From: an uncultured delta proteobacterium
GTDB lineage: Bacteria > Desulfobacterota > WTBG01 > CAIYCZ01 > CAIRTM01
Direction of reading: 5' to 3'
Length of the DNA: 64,000 bases
Assembly (NCBI GenBank): GCA_963804955.1
Contig: CAWDSQ010000030.1
Location: forward strand, 1-64,000
The translations under genes and the position numbers were made by a program. Positions 62,501 through 64,000 of this stretch are shown here, piece after piece; within the stretch, counting starts at the first letter, position 1, and every line of letters starts with the position of its first letter. The notes beneath the pieces were generated by a model. It did not search any database. It was not told the origin of the DNA and saw only the letters and a list, made by a program, of their open reading frames with translations.

Positions 62501-64000
62501 GCGGACCCTGCGCCACCAGGCTGCCGCCGGCATGGCCGCCTTCCGGGCCGAGGTCAAGCAGGTGATCTGCGCATTTTATTATATCCAGATTATGCTCAAC
62601 GACGATAATGGAATGGCCCTGACGCACAAGGTAGTCAAAGGCCTGCAGGAGTTTTGCAATATCGTCATAGTGCAGCCCTGTCGTGGGCTCGTCAAAAAGA
62701 AAGAGAGTTCGACCCTGGCTGCCCTGCCTGATAAATGATGCCAGTTTCAGCCGCTGCGACTCCCCGCCCGAGAGCGTATTGGCCGGCTGCCCGAGCCGCA
62801 GATACCCCAGGCCCACCATGTCGAGAATGCGCAGGGGGGAGGTGATTTTGGGCGTATCGGCGAAAAAAGCGCAGCCTTCGGCAACGGACATCTCCAGCAC
62901 ATCATGGATGTTTTTGCCCTGCCAGGTTACTTCGAGCACTTCAGGGCTGTAGCGCCTGCCGCGGCATGCCGGGCAGGTCACATACACATCCGCCAGAAAC
63001 TGCATCTCAACCATTTCATAGCCGTCGCCCTGGCACTGCTGGCACCGGCCTCCCTGGCTGTTGAAAGAAAATGTTGAAGCCGTATAGCCCCGCTCGCGCG
63101 CGGCATCGGTCTGGGCAAACAGGGCCCGTATGGCCTCAAAAGCCTTCATGTAGGTGACCGGGTTTGAGCGCGGGGTTCTGCCGATGGGCCCCTGATCCAT
63201 AAGAATCACGGTCTCGGGAGCGTTTTTCCCCTCAAAGAAGCAGAGGCCTGATTTTTTATCGCGCTGCGACAGGGTTTTGTACAGCACGTCCTCGAGAAGG
63301 GTTGATTTGCCTGAGCCCGAAACTCCGGTTATGCAGACAAGCAGGCCAAGGGGGATGGTGATATCGAGTGATTTTAGATTATGAGCGGCTGCGCCGCGAA
63401 CCTGCAGGCGGCAGTCGGATGAGGGCCTGCGCCGCAGCCGGGGAGGCCTTATGGCAAGAGCCCCTGACATATATTTTCCGGTAAGTGATGCCGTGCTTTT
63501 TAGAAGCCCGGCCGGCGTTCCCGTAAAAACGATACTGCCGCCCCGTTCCCCCGAGGCCGGCCCCATGTCGATGACCGTATCGCTATTGGAGATAATATCG
63601 TGATCATGCTCAACGATCATCAGCGTATTGCCCATGTCCCTCAGGCCCTTCAGGATTTCGATCAGCATGCGCGTGTCGCGCGGGTGGAGTCCAATGCTGG
63701 GCTCATCCAGCACATAGAGCGTATTGACAAGGCATGAACCCAGGGCCGTTGTGAGGCTGGCCCGCTCCACTTCGCCGCCCGAGAGGGTGCGCGACTGGCG
63801 GTCAAGGGTGAGATACCCCAGCCCCACGCGCTCAAGATAGGAGAGGCGCGAGGCTATTTCCTGCAGCAGCACCGTGACGGTCGTATCCTCACCGGGGCGG
63901 GCCTGGAGCGCGCGGAAATAGTGGAGACAGTCAGAGATGGGCATGCTGCAGATATCGGCAATGGAGGCGCCGCCGATTTTATACAGCAGGGTCTCGTTCT
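59577..64000 (-). CDS. uvrA: Excinuclease ABC subunit A, tandem double-length form (5' end outside window)
   Basis: Four LSGGE signatures and three GxSGSGK Walker A motifs in the visible 1455 aa; a second [10 protein letters not shown] start occurs mid-protein. Confidence 0.93.
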   Translation of the reverse strand, partial: NETLLYKIGGASIADICSMPISDCLHYFRALQARPGEDTTVTVLLQEIASRLSYLERVGLGYLTLDRQSRTLSGGEVERASLTTALGSCLVNTLYVLDEPSIGLHPRDTRMLIEILKGLRDMGNTLMIVEHDHDIISNSDTVIDMGPASGERGGSIVFTGTPAGLLKSTASLTGKYMSGALAIRPPRLRRRPSSDCRLQVRGAAAHNLKSLDITIPLGLLVCITGVSGSGKSTLLEDVLYKTLSQRDKKSGLCFFEGKNAPETVILMDQGPIGRTPRSNPVTYMKAFEAIRALFAQTDAARERGYTASTFSFNSQGGRCQQCQGDGYEMVEMQFLADVYVTCPACRGRRYSPEVLEVTWQGKNIHDVLEMSVAEGCAFFADTPKITSPLRILDMVGLGYLRLGQPANTLSGGESQRLKLASFIRQGSQGRTLFLFDEPTTGLHYDDIAKLLQAFDYLVRQGHSIIVVEHNLDIIKCADHLLDLGPEGGHAGGSLVAQGPPDEIMAAEGSYTGLFLKEYTHPAAAVQRGSKKQAPQNGGNCISIEGAREHNLKNLSLKLPLGQMVVITGLSGSGKSTLAFDILFAEGQRRFLETLSPYARQYITQLARPDVDAIRGLPPTVAIEQMLSRGGRNSTVATATEIYHYLRLLFAKAGQQHCPGCGRPLAAQNPQDICRDIARSFGSRQVLLLAPQVRGRKGFHKDVIQRARLEGCSRIRIDGAVVEVGNIFAIKRYHEHKIDFITSECAPAALSAPRLQDMVNRALGLGRGEMMVLSPPDDEKFYSIKASCPECRISMEEPDPRLFSFNSPSGACRRCEGLGSVAALSAELMIADRHKSIQDGAIPALIAQQVPQALKKRIIGRIERSLGIAPDEPLARLTPAKHKALLHGSKSFPGLAALFESPQADDESQMQEYLAQFHIESRCPDCNGTRLNQAARSVLITDKSIAELASMTAPGLLAFLKTISFSGKHRAIARPILQELIPKLQLLDKAGLSYLSLDRSADTLSGGEAQRMRLAAQVASNLRGVAYVLDEPTIGLHPHDSKKLISIIRELQQKGNSVIIVEHDEETIRSADYIVDLGPGGGMHGGTVVAAGTLAEILKNPASITGAWLSETARRSDGRISRPLAGCSHITLVGAREHNLQELTVSIPLGRLTVVTGISGSGKTTLVRETLYKGLRKKLGQYFGSTGSHRDIAGAEQVRRVIEIDQSPIGKTPRSVPATYVGFYDDIRKLYALVPDARMRGYAASRFSFNVSGGRCEKCSGQGKLRIAMNFLPDMYVACDECRGNRFNDETLQILLKEKNISQVLSMTVEEGCDFFTGFSAIHRPLDILQRMGLGYLQLGQPSPTLSGGEAQRIKIAAELCKNDQGATLYILDEPTTGLHPADIEKLMNVLQELVELGNTMVIIEHNLEVIGQADTIIDLGPGGGADGGRIVAAGPPHEVAGGNFRESLTAQYLREHRRHRACSERVALLPPRT

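Overview
A 64-kb bacterial chromosome segment. Gene content suggests a Desulfobacterota/deltaproteobacterium-like anaerobe (inference). Many conserved genes are split by single-base indels, which looks like an unpolished long-read or metagenome consensus rather than real pseudogenes. Core genes: the 5' part of tRNA-Thr(CGT), lon-thiL-larB-flavodoxin-PMM, an orphan nuoABC, typA, argFGH-lipoprotein-lysA-dapF-dapA-PPIase, a HEAT/HD-GYP/PP2C cluster, spmAB, a multi-PAS hybrid kinase and a double-length uvrA. The accessory region (about 10.5-31 kb) holds four notable things. (1) An extended arsenic-resistance cluster is interrupted by a small GIY-YIG nuclease gene embedded in two directly repeated arrays of 182-bp REPIN-like hairpin units; this is the best candidate for an undescribed system. 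(2) An IS110/IS1111-type element is inserted in a GTAG-REP hairpin, and its non-coding right end contains readable target- and donor-matching guide segments (bridge/seek RNA). (3) A PIN toxin-antitoxin module sits between composite direct repeats. (4) A three-cassette integron array has an attI-like site but no local integrase. Several nested MITE/REP families and a structured RNA-like motif present twice were also found.
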